From Chrysomallon squamiferum (lineage: Eukaryota; Animalia; Mollusca), in the NCBI GenBank assembly GCA_012295275.1, contig CM022677.1:3658001-3722000 (forward strand): a DNA stretch of 64,000 bases. The letters are read 5' to 3'. Every line of letters begins with the position of its first letter. Position 1 is the first letter of the stretch. Positions 1-15,848 of this stretch are shown here, piece by piece. A program made the translations under genes and the position numbers. The notes under the pieces are model-generated. The model was given only the letters and a program-made list of their open reading frames with translations. It was not told where the DNA came from and made no database searches.

Positions 1-189
1 TGATATTTAATTACTTAATTATTATATTTGTTTCTACTACATGACCTTGGGAAGTTTCCTTCATATAACTACTGTTAATTATTTATTTTAATTTTCTTCT
101 TTTTATTTATTTATTTAGTGATTTCACCCGCAATGATAAAGTTACTGCTTTTCCGGTTCGGTTAGAGTAAAATAATTTCTGTTAAAATG

Positions 190-234
<45 letters not shown>

Positions 235-932
235 TATTATAAAAGAAAATTATCTCAGTGGTAAAATAAATTAACATCACCAATCATAGAACAGTTAAAC
301 AATTTACAATTCAGAGTTAAATACAACAAACACATTGTGTAATGCATTTTTAATTAATATTTGATATTAATATCAATTTACTGATGTCTGGACTGGGGTG
401 GAGGTGAGTGTGAATGGTTTTACTATTTTCTGTTCATGGTTTGTTATATAATAATATGTGTTTAATTTTCAGTTTCTAACAGCAGTAAAATGACAGATTC
501 TGTAAGTTTGTTTTCTGTAAATTATATTTTAAAACACACACACACATACTAACACACACACACACACACAAAAATTTGGGAACTGACATAAGCAGTGAAA
601 GAAAGTGAAGAAGAAATGTTATCAAAATGCTTAAATATTTTAAATTTCATTAAAAGCTGATTATATTTTATTTTATATTGTTTTCTTTATTATTATTATG
701 ATTATTATTATTATTATTATTATTAGTTTCATTATTATTATTTGTTGTTATTACTATTGTTATTGTTGAAATCACCATCATTATTGTTATTGTTACATCA
801 TCATCATCATCATCATCACCATAATCATCATTGTGACCTCATTCTCTAGTCTGGGTCAACAAGACAAATGACCTCTGACCCAGCTGTTACCAATCAGAGA
901 GTTGCTTCTGACCAGCCTGAGCTTACAGCGTA

Positions 933-1290
933 TAATAAGGTGAGACTGTCTTATATTGTTTTATTACACTATGTTAAAACTACAGAAAACATCAGAATTA
1001 AAATACACAGTCAAAGACAGTAATAAGGTGAGACTGTCTTATATTGTTTTATTACACTATGTTAAAACTACAGAAAACATCAGAATTAAAATGCACAGTC
1101 AAAGACAGTAATAAGGTGAGACTGTCTTATATTGTTTTATTACACTATGTTAAAACTACAGAAAACATCAGAATTAAAATGCACAGTCAAAGACAGTAAT
1201 AAGGTGAGACTGTCTTATATTGTTTTATTACACTATGTTAAAACTACAGAAAACATCAGAATTAAAATATACAGTCAAAGACAGTAACAA
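933..1290 (+). repeat. 88-bp tandem repeat x4, each unit containing the exon end and donor TAATAAG|GTGAGA
   Basis: taataaggtgagactgtc at 933, 1021, 1109, 1197. Confidence 0.9.
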
Positions 1291-1504
1291 GGAAATAAAT
1301 AAATAAGATGAACAAGACAGAAAGGAAACTGATACAAATTAATTGCTCAGAACTAATGAATTTAACATTTAACAATGAACTAGAATTATTTTATTTTTTA
1401 GAAGTGTAGACATCTTACTGACTTTATTTATATGTTAAATATAAAAAACATTGAAGTGGTTTTAACAAATTTTCTAACAAACTTACCATAAACCTGCCTT
1501 CATT

Positions 1505-1812
1505 ATGAACTTTGTTTGCTTTTTGTCATAATTAGCATAATTCTGTTAGAATAATGAACTTTGTTTGTTTTTAGGCATAATTAGCATAATTCTGTTAGAA
1601 TAATGAACTTTGTTTTTTGTCATAAATAGCATAATTCTGTTAGAATAATGAATTTTGTTTTTAGGCATAATTAGCATAATTCTGTTAGAATAATGAACTT
1701 TGTTTTTTTTTGTCATAAATAGCATAATTCTGTTAGAATAATGAACTTTGTTTTTAGGCATAATTAGCATAATTCTGTTAGAATAATGAACTTTGTTTGT
1801 TTTTTGTCATAA
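1505..1812. repeat. ~45-50 bp AT-rich minisatellite (short array)
   Basis: Unit gtcataattagcataattctgttagaataatgaactttgtttgttttt. Confidence 0.9.
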
Positions 1813-2213
1813 CTGTCTCATGCGAGTTGAACTCAGTGTTGTTGTAGTTGCAGGGGATGCCAGCCAGGCAGCTTCGATTTTGCAGGAACTCAGCACTTCT
1901 CACATCATTATTGCCATCGATTGAGAAAATGCGTTTAGGTCAAATGATGACAATATGTATGTTTTCTTCTTTTTCAACTGTTTTTAGCTTTTTAATATTT
2001 TATTTTGTAGTGTTCAAGATGAGTTTATCCCAGATAAATAAAAACAGTCTGTCTAGAGGGTTCTGTGTATGTTTATACAAAACATGTTTCTCTTGAATCT
2101 CTTCTACATAATAATAACTAATAGCAAAGACAGATTAGTTTTTAAATTTAACTGTAATTTCTATCTTTATTATTATTATACTTTAGTGGACATTACAGAT
2201 GGATTATTTTTGT

Positions 2214-2244
<31 letters not shown>

Positions 2245-2854
2245 TGTATTTATTTATTTATGTGTTATTATTTATTTACTAACTTATTTATTAATTTTTA
2301 TTCACATTTCAATTCAATGTAACAGGGATGTATCCTTTAGACACTGCCTGTACCTACCCAGTAACAGCAGAGATGGACCACAATTATCTCTTTCCAACCA
2401 GAACCTTCGTATCTGCAAACGTAAGTTAGTCAGATCCCAGTTCACTGAGATGAAAACTTTAACTGTATTTTGCTTCTTGAAAAAGTAAATTGTATACAAA
2501 TATTTGATTCATACCATATTGCTTCTGACCAGCCTGAGCTTACAGCGTGTAATAAGGTGAGACTGTCTTATATTGTTTTATTACACTATGTTAAAACTAC
2601 AGAAAACATCAGAATTAAAATATACAGTCAAAGACAGTAATAAGGAAATAAATAAATAAATAAGATGAACAAGACAGAAAAGAAACTGATACAAATTAAT
2701 TGCTCAGAACTAATGAATTTAACATTTAACAATGAACTAGAATTATTTTATTTTTTAGAAGTGTACACATCTTACTGACTTTATTTATATATAAAAAACA
2801 TTGCAGTGGTTTTAACAAATTTTCTAACAAACTTACCATAAACCTGCCTTCATT

Positions 2855-4295
2855 ATGAACTTTGTTTGTTTTTTGTCATAATTAGTATAATTCTGTTAGA
2901 ATAATGAACTTTGTTTGTTTTTAGGCATAATTAGCATAATTCTGTTAGAATAATGAACTTTGTTTGTTTTTTGTCATAATTAGCATAATTCTGTTAGAAT
3001 AATGAACTTTGTTTGTTTTTTGTCATAATTAGCATAATTCTGTTAGAATAATGAACTTTGTTTGTTTTTTGTCATAATTAGCATAATTCTGTTAGAATAA
3101 TGAACTTTGTTTGTTTTTTGTCATAATTAGCATAATTCTGTTAGAATAATGAACTTTGTTTGTTTTTTGTCATAATTAGCATAATTCTGTTAGAATAATG
3201 AACTTTGTTTACTTTTTTGTCATAATTAGCATAATTCTGTTAGAATAATGAACTTTGTTTTTAGTCATAATTAGCATAATTCTGTTAGAATAATGAACTT
3301 TGTTTGTTTTTGTCATAATTAGCATAATTCTGTTAGAATAATGAACTTTGTTTGTTTTTTGTCATAATTAGCATAATTCTGTTAGAATAATGAACTTTGT
3401 TTGTTTTTTGTCATAATTAGCATAATTCTGTTAGAATAATGAACTTTGTTTGTTTTTGTCATAATTAGCATAATTCTGTTAGAATAATGAACTTTGTTTT
3501 TTGTCATAATTAGCATAATTCTGTTAGAATAATGAACTTTGTTTGTTTTTTGTCATAATTAGCATAATTCTGTTAGAATAATGAACTTTGTTTTTTAACA
3601 TAATTAGAATAATGAACTTTGTTTGTTTTTGTCATAATTAGCATAATTCTGTTAGAATAATGAACTTTGTTTGTTTTTTGTCATAATTAGCATAATTCTG
3701 TTAGAATAATGAACTTTGTTTGTTTTTTGTCATAATTAGCATAATTCTGTTAGAATAATGAACTTTGTTTTTTGTCATAATTAACATAATTCTGTTAGAA
3801 TAATGAACTTTGTTTGTTTTTTGTCATAATTAGCATAATTCTGTTAGAATAATGAACTTTGTTTTTGTCATAATTAGCATTTTGTTAGAATAATGAACTT
3901 TGTTTTTTTTTTGTCATAATTAGCATAATTCTGTTAGAATAATGAACTTTGTTTTTTGTCATAATTAGCATAATTCTGTTAGAATAATGAACTTTGTTTT
4001 TTGTCATAATTAACATAATTCTGTTAGAATAATGAACTTTGTTTGTTTTTTGTCATAATTAGCATAATTCTGTTAGAATAATGAACTTTGTTTTTTGTCA
4101 TAATTAACATAATTCTGTTAGAATAATGAACTTTGTTTGTTTTTTGTCATAATTAACATAATTCTGTTAGAATAATGAACTTTGTTTGTTTTTTGTCATA
4201 ATTAGCATAATTCTGTTAGAATAATGAACTTTGTTTTTAGGCATAATTAGCATAATTCTGTTAGAATAATGAACTTTGTTTGCTTTTTGTCATAA
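2855..4295. repeat. ~45-50 bp minisatellite, expanded array of the same unit
   Basis: About 30 units of the 1505-1812 motif. Confidence 0.95.
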
Positions 4296-4693
4296 CTGTC
4301 TCATGCGAGTTGAACTCAGTGTTGTTGTAGTTGCAGGGGATGTCAGCCAGGCAGCTTCGATTTTGCAGGAACTCAGCACTTCTCACATTATTGCCATCGA
4401 TTGAGAAAATGCGTTTAGGTCAAAAGATGACAATATGTGCGTTTTCTTCTTTTTCAACTGTTTTTAGCTTTTTAATATTTTATTTTGTAGTGTTCAAGAT
4501 GAGTTTATCCCAGATAAATAAAAACAGTCTGTCTAGAGGGTTCTGTGTATGTTTATACAAAACATGTTTCTCTTGAATCTCTTCTACATAATACTAACTA
4601 ATAGCAAAGACAGATTAGTTTTTAAATTTAACTGTAATTTCTATCTTTATTATTATTATACTTTAGTGGACATTACAGATGGATTATTTTTGT

Positions 4694-4756
<63 letters not shown>

Positions 4757-7230
4757 TGTGTTATTATTTATTTACTAACTTATTTATTAATTTTTATTCA
4801 CATTTCAATTCAATGTAACAGGGATGCATCCTTTAGACACTGCCTATACCTACCCAGTAACAGCAGAGATGGACCACAATTATCTCTTTCCAACCAGAAC
4901 CTTCGTATCTGCAAACGTGAGTTAGTCAGATCCCAGTTCACTGAGATGAAAACTTTAACTGTATTTTGCTTCTTGAAAAAGTAAATTTATACAAATATTT
5001 GATTCACACCATATTATTCACACCATATTAACTGCAGCTTAAAAAAAAAAAAAATTGACTGCAGATTTAGAAACAATGTATATTCAAAAACTTTTTAAAA
5101 TTATAATATTCTTTCTTAAACATGAATTTTCAGCAATATCTGTCCTTCCTCTATATATAAATATATCAGTAATTATTTGTTTTAAATTTTAAAATATTTA
5201 TTTAGGCCAACTTTGGCAGTCATTATAGAGAAAGTCTGGATTGTGTGTTCATTTAAAAATTGCCAACTTATTGAGGAAAAATGGATCAAACAATTATTTT
5301 ATATAAAACATTTCTATTATATTATGATTAATGTTCTTATTGTCATTTGCTGATAACTTTTATAAATTTAGCTTTCATGTTGAGTAAACCTGTCTTTTCT
5401 AATCAGTAATCTTAGTCACAGTTATAACTGATGAAATTAACTGAATCATCATTAAGTATTAAGAAGCCAAATGGCAGACATTTTGACATTTTACTTCTTC
5501 TTGTTGTTTGAAGCTGTAATAGATTTTTGTGTGTTCTGTTGTGTTACTGAATTGTATGTTACTGAATTGTATGTTTGAAAAACAAACAGGAAGATCACAG
5601 GAAGACCAAACAGAAAACAAAATGTCTGTTGAAAGTAAGTGCTGTCTTGTCTTCATTATTGTTGTTATGCTTTTTCTTATATTATTGTTGTTGTTATTAT
5701 CATGATTTTGTTACATTATTATTTTTGCTATTATTACTGTTTTTCGTTTTATTGTTATTTTGTTTTTATTAGTTTTTTCTTTTATTATTATTTTGTTTTT
5801 ATCATTTTTATTTTTGTTAAAATACCGCTTTTTATCATTATTTTGTTTTATTACTGTCTTTTGCTATGTTATTTTGTTATTACTGTTTTTTGTTTTATTA
5901 TTATTATTATTATCCTTTATTATCCTTTTTTTTATTATCATTGTTGTTATACTTCTTGCTGCTGTTTTTGTATAACTGAATTAGCTTCAGGTTTTTTTCA
6001 AAATCAAATCCATGAAACCATTTTTATTAATGTACAAATATTTCTCACTGCTTAACTGTGTTTTTCTTATCTTTGAAAATAAAAAAAACTACAGAAAAAA
6101 AAAAAAAAAAATGAATAAAAATAAAAATGAGTTGTAATTTGTATAAAACATCATATTGATGGTGTAATTATGTATAAATAAATAATAAATAAATATTATT
6201 GTTTCATTATTTTTTAAAAGGATTATACCTAGTGAAAGGGGTTATGCAAATATTTCTTTATGTAAGACTTTAATTAGTTACATGGAGTTTCAGTCTGTAC
6301 TGACAGATGTCTGTTAATAGATGTTCTGATGACCTTTCCTTAAAGACATGTTTAAATTGGTTGGTGTATTAAGATGAATAAAGATAAAATGTCATTTTGA
6401 ATATTTTTACTTTCAGACACCATGTGAAACATTACACACGCCTCGTAAGTTGTAGTAGTAGTTGTATTAGCAGTAATTGTAGTTGTATTAGCAGTAGTAG
6501 TAGTTGTTGCTGCATTAGTAGTAATAGTAGTTGTTGTGGTTGTCATATTTATGTTGTTCTGACTTAAACCATTTCTCTAGAAACATTGAGATCTAGTAAA
6601 TTACTTATTTTTAGTTTTATTGGCAATAGAAGTAGTAGTCATAGTTATGAAAACTATAATGCTATGTGAAGAGTAATTGCTGCTGTAGTGGTAGTTGATG
6701 ATGATATTAACAGAAGTCAGTTAGTTGTTACAATGATAATAAGGCTGATAGTTTCTGTGTAAAATATTGAGACAACGGATTTAAAAGTATAATCAATATA
6801 AAATGTCATCATTTTTGTATTTGAATAAAAATCTGCTTAAATATGTTTATGTTAATTTATTAAGCAGATATTTTTTCTTTTCTTGCACAGCAGAAAAAGG
6901 TGCTGAAAAGAGGAAGACGGCGCAGAGAGATGTTGTCACAAAACAGGACAGTGACCCAAGCTGTAATTAGGTCACACTGAAAGAGCCAGTTTTCAAAAAT
7001 AATGTCGTAATGTTTGCTTCTCAGAGTTCATCTTTCGTTTTTCTTCTTCATAACTGAAGTAAAGTTGTGTTATTTTTAGTACATCAAAGTGGATGGTATG
7101 TACTGTGCTATCTTGTAAAATAAATAAACCTTTTTTGTTAATCATTTTGTCGGATTATTAATAAAGCTTTGAGAACCAAAACTGGATTTTTTTATTTATT
7201 TATTTATTATTTATTTATTTATTTACTTAC

Positions 7231-7620
7231 TTATTTAAAAACATAAGATTAATAAAGTAAAATATTACTACTGTTATTATAATTTCTTATTTAAAAACAT
7301 AAGATTAATAAAGTAAAATATTACTACTGTTATTATAATTACTTATTTAAAAACATAAGATTAATAAAGTAAAATATTACTACTGTTATTATAATTACTT
7401 ATTTAAAAACATAAGATTAATAAAGTAAAATATTACTACTGTTATTATAATTACTTATTTAAAAACATAAGATTAATAAAGTAAAATATTACTACTGTTA
7501 TTATAATTACTTATTTAAAAACATAAGATTAATAAAGTAAAATATTACTACTGTTATTATAATTACTTATTTAAAAACATAAGATTAATAAAGTAAAATA
7601 TTACTACTGTTATTATAATT
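7231..7620. repeat. 56-bp tandem repeat x~7
   Basis: Unit ttatttaaaaacataagattaataaagtaaaatattactactgttattataattac. Confidence 0.9.
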
Positions 7621-7794
7621 TCATCTTCTTATTATTATTATGATTGTTATGTAATGGATTTATTTATGTCAGTTTCTCTTTGGACAGATTATTTCAAGCT
7701 CAAATTACCCTTGATAGAGTCTATCGTTTTCCTTTCTAAGATCTTCGTACTTTTTATATTTATTAAATGAGGTATTTAGAAACATCTTACACTG

Positions 7795-7877
<83 letters not shown>

Positions 7878-8764
7878 GTTATTACTGAGTAGACAATAAG
7901 AAAACAATAGTGTGTTGTAAGTGGCTAAATGCGGTGAATTTTATAAAAATTCTGTTACATTATGAAAAGTAGGCTGTAATAGTTTGCACTGATGATTAAT
8001 TCCTGATTTTTAGCTGACAAATTAACTATGTTAATGAACGTAATAGGCAGCCATTTGGTAATGCACGAGAAAATTCGAAGAAATCACTGTAAAATGTACC
8101 CAGTAATACAGAACTATTTAATCTTTCTTCTTTCTCAAAGATTATATTAAAAAATATTTATAGGTGAAAATTAAAAAACGTATTTTGATATTTAATAAAA
8201 ATTGGGCGTATTTTATGAAAATATTGACCCCTTCAATGCTATAATGTAACGCTCCGCTCCTCACTTTCAAAATGGCGGGAGAATTTATTCCATATTTGAC
8301 AGGGGTGTTGGGTTGTTAGTTGCACTGTACTTGTAGGGGCTAGAAACAATTCATTCTTCTATTGGTTTTACGTTGTTACACTTTTTATTATTAAAATCAA
8401 ATATAATATTTAGTATACTTTACACAATACATACTTATTTATCTTTATCAAGTGGGGATCAACTATATATACATTTGTTTTCAAATGTTAAGAAAGCAAT
8501 ACATTATTTTCATTTTCTGTGTTGAGAGATGGGTGCGTGTGTGTTTATATTATATGCAAATAAGGTCGAGGTGATTACATTGGATAATAAAATGTTGATA
8601 GTTGACTTTCATAGTCTCTGTTTTGATATTTGACAACAGTTAAATAACAATTGTTGAAACCAGAAACATAAATGTACAAGAACAGGACAAATTTGATATT
8701 TCTGGTGCCACGTTTGTTTCAAGATGTAACATAATTACTGGCTCACTTTTTCACATTTTAGCAG

Positions 8765-10006
<1,242 letters not shown>

Positions 10007-10101
10007 TATGTATTAAACTGTGATATCGGTATTAACTTCTAATTCTCTTTTCGTAAATATTAATTTTAACTGCTTTTATTTATTTATTTATTTATTTATT
10101 T

Positions 10102-11434
10102 AGATGTAACCGAACCCGAAAGGTCAGTCTGCTTCACGAAGTACCGAAGCGATCGATATCAGGGAGAACTGGTAAAGAGACTTCACGTGCATGGCTGTGT
10201 TAACCGGTTTCGTCATCACCACTGAAAGTGTTGCAAAGCCTATTTAAGAGAGGACGGAAACCTTCTTCTTTGATAGTCTTCGTTTTATCATTTTTGTCGC
10301 CCTTATTCATTTAACAGACATGGCCAACACACGACGCACTTTAAAATTGGAAGAACGTATTTAGCTGTTAACAATTATTATTTGTCGGAGAGGAGTTATA
10401 AAAATGTTACTGATCATTGGAATGAATCGTTTGATACACCACCTCCATCAAAATCGTCAGTCTACGAATTGGTACAAAAATTCAAACTAACTGGCAACGT
10501 CGCCGACGCGTATAAACCTGGTGCACCAAGAACAATGAGGACAGTTGCCAACCAGGAATTAGTAGCATCATCATACGTCAACAGCCTCGCAAATCCCAGA
10601 GACGTGCTTCTGCAGAGCTGCGCATATCACGATCGTCTTTACAACGCATCACGTCAGATATTAGCTTGCACCCATATCGTCCGCGGGAACTCCAGGCTCT
10701 TAACGAAGATGACGGAGACAGACGTCTTCAATTTTGTGAGTCTTTTGTGGGTTATTGTGAAGATTTTCCAGACACATTATCTGGTCAGATGAAGCCTGCT
10801 TCAAATTAAACGGACGGGTGAATCGACATAATTGTGTTTATTGGTCAGATTCAAATCCACATGAGATATTGCAACGTGAACTCAGTTTGCCTGGTGTCAC
10901 TGCTTGGGGTGGCCTTTGTAGTTCTGGATTAATTGGCCCATTTTTCTTTGATAACACAGTGACGACGGAGTCATATCTAAAAATGTTAAATGAAAAGTTG
11001 TGGCCTATAGTGTCCAAACGTGACGATTGTGCTGATTTGTACTTTCAGCAGGATGGCGCCCCTGCTCATTATGCTGTATCTGTTCGAAAGTGGCTTGATG
11101 AACATTTCCCAGGTAGATGGATAGGCCGCCGTGGTGCCGTGGAATGGCCTGCAAGGTCTCCAGACTTCTTTCTCTGGGTAGTACTCAAAAATAAGGTGCT
11201 CACCGATAAACCAAAGACTCTCAATGATCTCAAACAGAGCATCATAATCGCATGTAAAGATATTACTCCGGAAATGTGCAAAAAAGTAACTGAATCAACC
11301 ATTGTCATCACTTGTATTACAAATAATGGTTTGCATTTTGAACATTTGCTGTAACTATATGAACTAAAATTTGTTTCATTTAACTGTAACTTTTCATAAC
11401 AATTCAGGTTCGGTTACATCTGGGCCACCCTGTA
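10102..11434 (+). mobile_element. Tc1/mariner-superfamily DNA transposon (DD41D/rosa-like), decayed
   Basis: Right TIR ttcaggttcggttacatctgggccaccctg followed by TA; left TIR remnant agatgtaaccgaacccgaa lacks the outer ~11 nt; encloses a transposase pseudogene. Confidence 0.85.
10320..11354 (+). pseudogene. Frameshifted Tc1/mariner DDD transposase
   Basis: HTH region (PPSKSSVYELVQKFKLTGNV), WSDEACF, NRHNCVYW, FQQDGAPAH, WIGRRG, WPARSPDFFLW; several frameshifts. Confidence 0.9.
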
Positions 11435-11604
11435 TATATATATATATACATACATATACACAAATAATTATATATACACCCCTCCACACACACACATACA
11501 TATTCTCACACATATCACAGTAAATGTTTTCTTAAATACACGTACTTTAAAAATATTATAAATAAATAATAATAAAAATAAATAAATAAATAAGAAGAAG
11601 AATG

Positions 11605-11684
<80 letters not shown>

Positions 11685-12111
11685 AACATGGATAATTTTG
11701 AAAGTATTATTAAATTTTGCTTTCAGGAACATCAGTATTCATTATAGTTTTTTCAGATCGCAGATACCAGATTAATAGCAGTGCAGTCTGTCTTCTGATT
11801 GGCTTAGAGTCAACAATAGTCTACGATTCTGAAAATCCGATTGGCTAAGAATTCTCGGTAGTCGGTGGGGGGAAACAAAACAACACTAGTTAGCAGTTGA
11901 CCTTTCATCATTCCAGTTATAAATAACTTTTATTTTACACAAATAAATAAGTAATGTATTTATAGTTATTAATATTATATTATTTACCTTTATTTTTATT
12001 TTAAAGATTACATCTATAAAGTAATTTAAAGAATATATAACTCAGTCAATAAATAACACCATACGGCGATAATGACCTTCATAATAAATAGGAAAGGAAT
12101 GATACAGTATT

Positions 12112-14592
12112 TATTACAGACAGCAGACACCGGATTAATAGCAGTGCAAACAGTTTAGATACCGATCACCTGATTATTACAGACAGCAGACACATTAATA
12201 GCAGATACACCGGATTAATAGCAGTGCAAACAGTTTTTAGATACCGATCACCTGATTATTACAGACAGCAGACACCGGATTAATAGCAGTGCAAACAGTT
12301 TAGATACCGATCACCTGATTATTACAGACAGCAGACACCGGATTAATAGCAGTGCAAACAGTTTAGATACCGATCACCTGATTATTACAGACAGCAGACA
12401 CCGGATTAATAGCAGTGCAAACAGTTTAGATACCGATCACCTGATTATTAGACAGATACCGATCACCTGATTATTACAGACAGCAGACACCGGATTAATA
12501 GCAGTGCAAACAGTTTAGATACCGATCACCTGATTATTACAGACAGCAGACACCGGATTAATAGCAGTAAAACAGTTTAGATACCGATCACCAAACAGTT
12601 TAGATACCGATCATCACCTGATTATTACAGACAGCAGACACCGGATTAATAGCAGTGCAAACAGTTTAGATTATTACAGACAGCAGACACCGGATTAATA
12701 GCAGTGCAAACAGTTTAGATACCGATCACCTGATTATTAATAGAAACAGTTTAGATACCGATCACCTGATTATTACACCAGACACCGGATTAATAGCAGT
12801 GCAAACAGTTTAGATACCGATCACCTGATTATTACAGACAGCAGACACCGGATTAATAGCCGATCACCTGATTATTACAAACAGTTTAGATACAGTTTAG
12901 ATACCGATCACCTGATTATTACAGACAGCAGACACCGGATTAATAGCAGTTTTAGATACCGATCACCTGATTATTACAGACAGCAGACACCGGATTAATA
13001 GCAGTGCAAACAGTTTAGATACCGATCACCTGATTTTACAGATTACCAAACAGAGATACCGATCACCTGATTATTACAGACAGCAGACACCGGATTAATA
13101 GCAGTGCAAACAGTTTAGATACCGATCACCTGATTATTACAGACAGCAGACACCGGATTAATAGCAGTGCAAACAGTTTAGATACCGATCACCTGATTAT
13201 TACAGACAGCAGACACCGGATTAATAGCAGTAGATAAACAGTTTAGATACCGATCACCTGATTATTACATTAATAGACAAACAGTTTAGATACCGATCAC
13301 CTGATTATTACAGACCAGACACGGATTAATAGCAGTGCAAACAGTTTAGATACCGATCACCTGATTATTACAGACAGCAGACACCGGATTAATAGCAGTG
13401 CAAACAGTTTAGATACCGATCACCTGATTATTACAGACAGCAGACACCGGATTAATAGCAGTGCAAACAGTTTAGATACCGATCACCTGATTATTACAGA
13501 CATTACACCGGATTAATAGGAGTGCAAACAGTTTAGATACCGATCACCTGTTTAGATACCGATACCGATCACCTGATTATTACAGACAGCAGACACCGGA
13601 TTAATAGCAGTGCAAACAGTTTAGATACCGATCACCTGATTATTACAGACAGCAGACACCGGATTAATAGCAGTGCAAACAGTTTAGATACCGATCACCT
13701 GATTATTATTAAAACAGTTTAGATACCGATACAGATTATTACAGACAGATTAATGATATTACACCGGATTAATAGCAGTGCAAACAGTTTAGATACCGAT
13801 CACCTGATTATTACAGACAGCAGACACCGGATTAATAGCAGTGCAAACAGTTTAGATACCGATCACCTGATTATTACAGACAGCAGACACCGGATTAATA
13901 GCAGTGCAAACAGTTTAGATACCGATCACCTGATTATTACAGACAGCATCACCTGATTATTACACCGGATTAATAGCAGTGCAAACAGTTTAGATACCGA
14001 TCACCTGATTATTAGATAAACCGATCACCTGATTATTACAGACAGCAGACACCGGATTAATAGCAGTGCAAACAGTTTAGATACCGATCACCTGATTATT
14101 ACAGACAGCAGACACCGGATTAATAGCAGTGCAAACAGTTTAGATACCGATCACCTGATTATTACAGACATTACACCGGATTAATAGCAGTTTAGATACA
14201 AATTAGTTTAATATAAACCCGATCACCTGATTATTACAGACAGCAGACACCGGATTAATAGCAGTGCAAACAGTTTAGATACCGATCACCTGATTATTAC
14301 AGACAGCAGACACCGGATTAATAGCAGTGCAAACAGTTTAGATACCGATCACCTGATTATTACAGACAGCAGACACCGGATTAATAGCAGTGCAAACAGT
14401 TTAGATACCGATCACCTGATTATTATTAATAGCAGTGCAAACAGTTTAGATACCGATCACCTGATTATTACAGACAGCAGACACCGGATTAATAGGAGTG
14501 CAAACAGTTTAGATACCGATCACCTGATTATTACAGACAGCAGACACCGGATTAATAGCAGTGCAAACAGTTTAGATACCGATCACCTGATT
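12112..14592. repeat. 63-bp satellite array (~2.5 kb)
   Basis: Unit gattattacagacagcagacaccggattaatagcagtgcaaacagtttagataccgatcacct, with many truncated units. Confidence 0.95.
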
Positions 14593-15754
14593 GGCTCAGA
14601 CTCTACAGTTATCTATGATACAGAAAATCCGAAAAAATAATAATAAGAAGAAGAAAAAAAAAAGATTTAAAAAAAAAGATAAAAAAGTAATTAGCAGGTG
14701 CCCCGTTCATAATTCCACTAATAAATAACTTTTATTTGTTTATTTATTTATTTATTGAGGATCATCATCATGATTATTATTATTACCATCATCAACATCA
14801 TCATCACCAGTATTATTATTACACCTCAGCTTTTTTAATCAAACGTTTTTCGAACATTTTCATATTTGGTCTTATTATTTATTGAGGAATCGTTTAAATT
14901 TGCGTCCAAAATTAACTACCTGCACTTTTCTACTTTAAAATGTGTTTTTAAATATGCTTCCAAATTCAAATAAAAAGTATACGATACAAAAATAATTCCA
15001 AGTTGATTTCTAATTTTATTTATAAACTAAAATAAATTTAACAGTGATAAATGATAAGTAGTACTGTTAGAAGTAGTGCTAGAAGTAGTGTTAGAAGTAG
15101 TGTTAGAAGTAGTGTTAGAAGTAGTGTTAGAAGTAGTGTTAGAAGTGTTATTGGCAGTAGTACTAGTGTAGTGGTGGAGGTAATTAAAGTAGCAATGTCA
15201 TTACTAGGTAAATTAATTTAATAATTAATATTAATTATAATTAAAATGTAACGTTAAATTTAATTCTTTCCACTTAATTATGTTTATCAGATTTATTGTA
15301 AAAGAGCCAAACAAACAAACAAACAACCAAATAAATAAACAAATAAACAAACAAACAAACACACAAATAGATTAACACATAAACAAACACACAAACAAAC
15401 AAATAAACAAATAAACAAACAATTGAGTAAGTAAATAATATAAAATCTCTAACAAATCTAAAAAAAAAAAAACACACATAAAAACATATACACGTATAAA
15501 AATGAAAAATAGATATTTAATAAGAATTAAAATAAAGAAACGACGCAGCTGACAAATACTTCAAGGGAAGGTTCAAGCGCATAAACACTGTTTTTAATAA
15601 AGCAAAAGTTTGCTTGAAGTTTAAAACAATAAAGACGAGAAATAAATAAATAAACATGTTATTTAAAAAATAAATATGAAAAATAAATAAATAAATAAAT
15701 AAACCAGACAACGGAATATTATTAACTTTTATTGTTTTAAAATCAGTGCTAGCG

Positions 15755-15848
15755 TGACGTCGAGTTGTAAATGTTTTTTTTTTTTTTTTTTTAAAGATGT
15801 AAACAGATGGCGTTGACTCACGTGGTCAAGATGGCGGACATGGTAAGT
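15755..15848 (+). promoter_or_regulatory. Putative promoter/first exon of the PPP1R15-like gene
   Basis: TGACGTCG (15755), overlapping TGACTCA/CACGTG (15814-15824), YY1-like AAGATGGCGG (15828), ATGGCGGACATG followed by donor GTAAGT at 15843. Confidence 0.55.

Larger units (their letters stand above)
902..5014. repeat. Tandem segmental duplication (copy A ~902-2520, copy B ~2519-5014)
   Basis: Both copies start ttgcttctgaccagcctgagc and end gattca(t/c)accatatt; near-identical ORFs at 1848 vs 4331; copies differ mainly in internal minisatellite number. Confidence 0.9.
850..6970 (+). other. 3' part of an unidentified spliced transcription unit (candidate exons 850-939, 1848-1956, 2011-2066, 2326-2419 and duplicates, ~5591-5634, 6891-6970)
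   Basis: GC-richer islands bounded by Y-rich-AG and GT(R)AG sites; the last exons join in frame (...NLRICKR|RSQEDQTENKMSVE|TEKGAEKRKTAQRDVVTKQDSDPSCN*), AATAAA near 7120. No family recognised. Confidence 0.3.

Noticed and set aside
1848-1940. TNFR-like Cys pattern (CRGCQPGSF) in an alternative frame
   Set aside because: Short, ends in stops and incompatible with the neighbouring exon phase.
12112-14592. CRISPR-like regular array
   Set aside because: Units are head-to-tail with no unique spacers; eukaryotic context; no cas genes.
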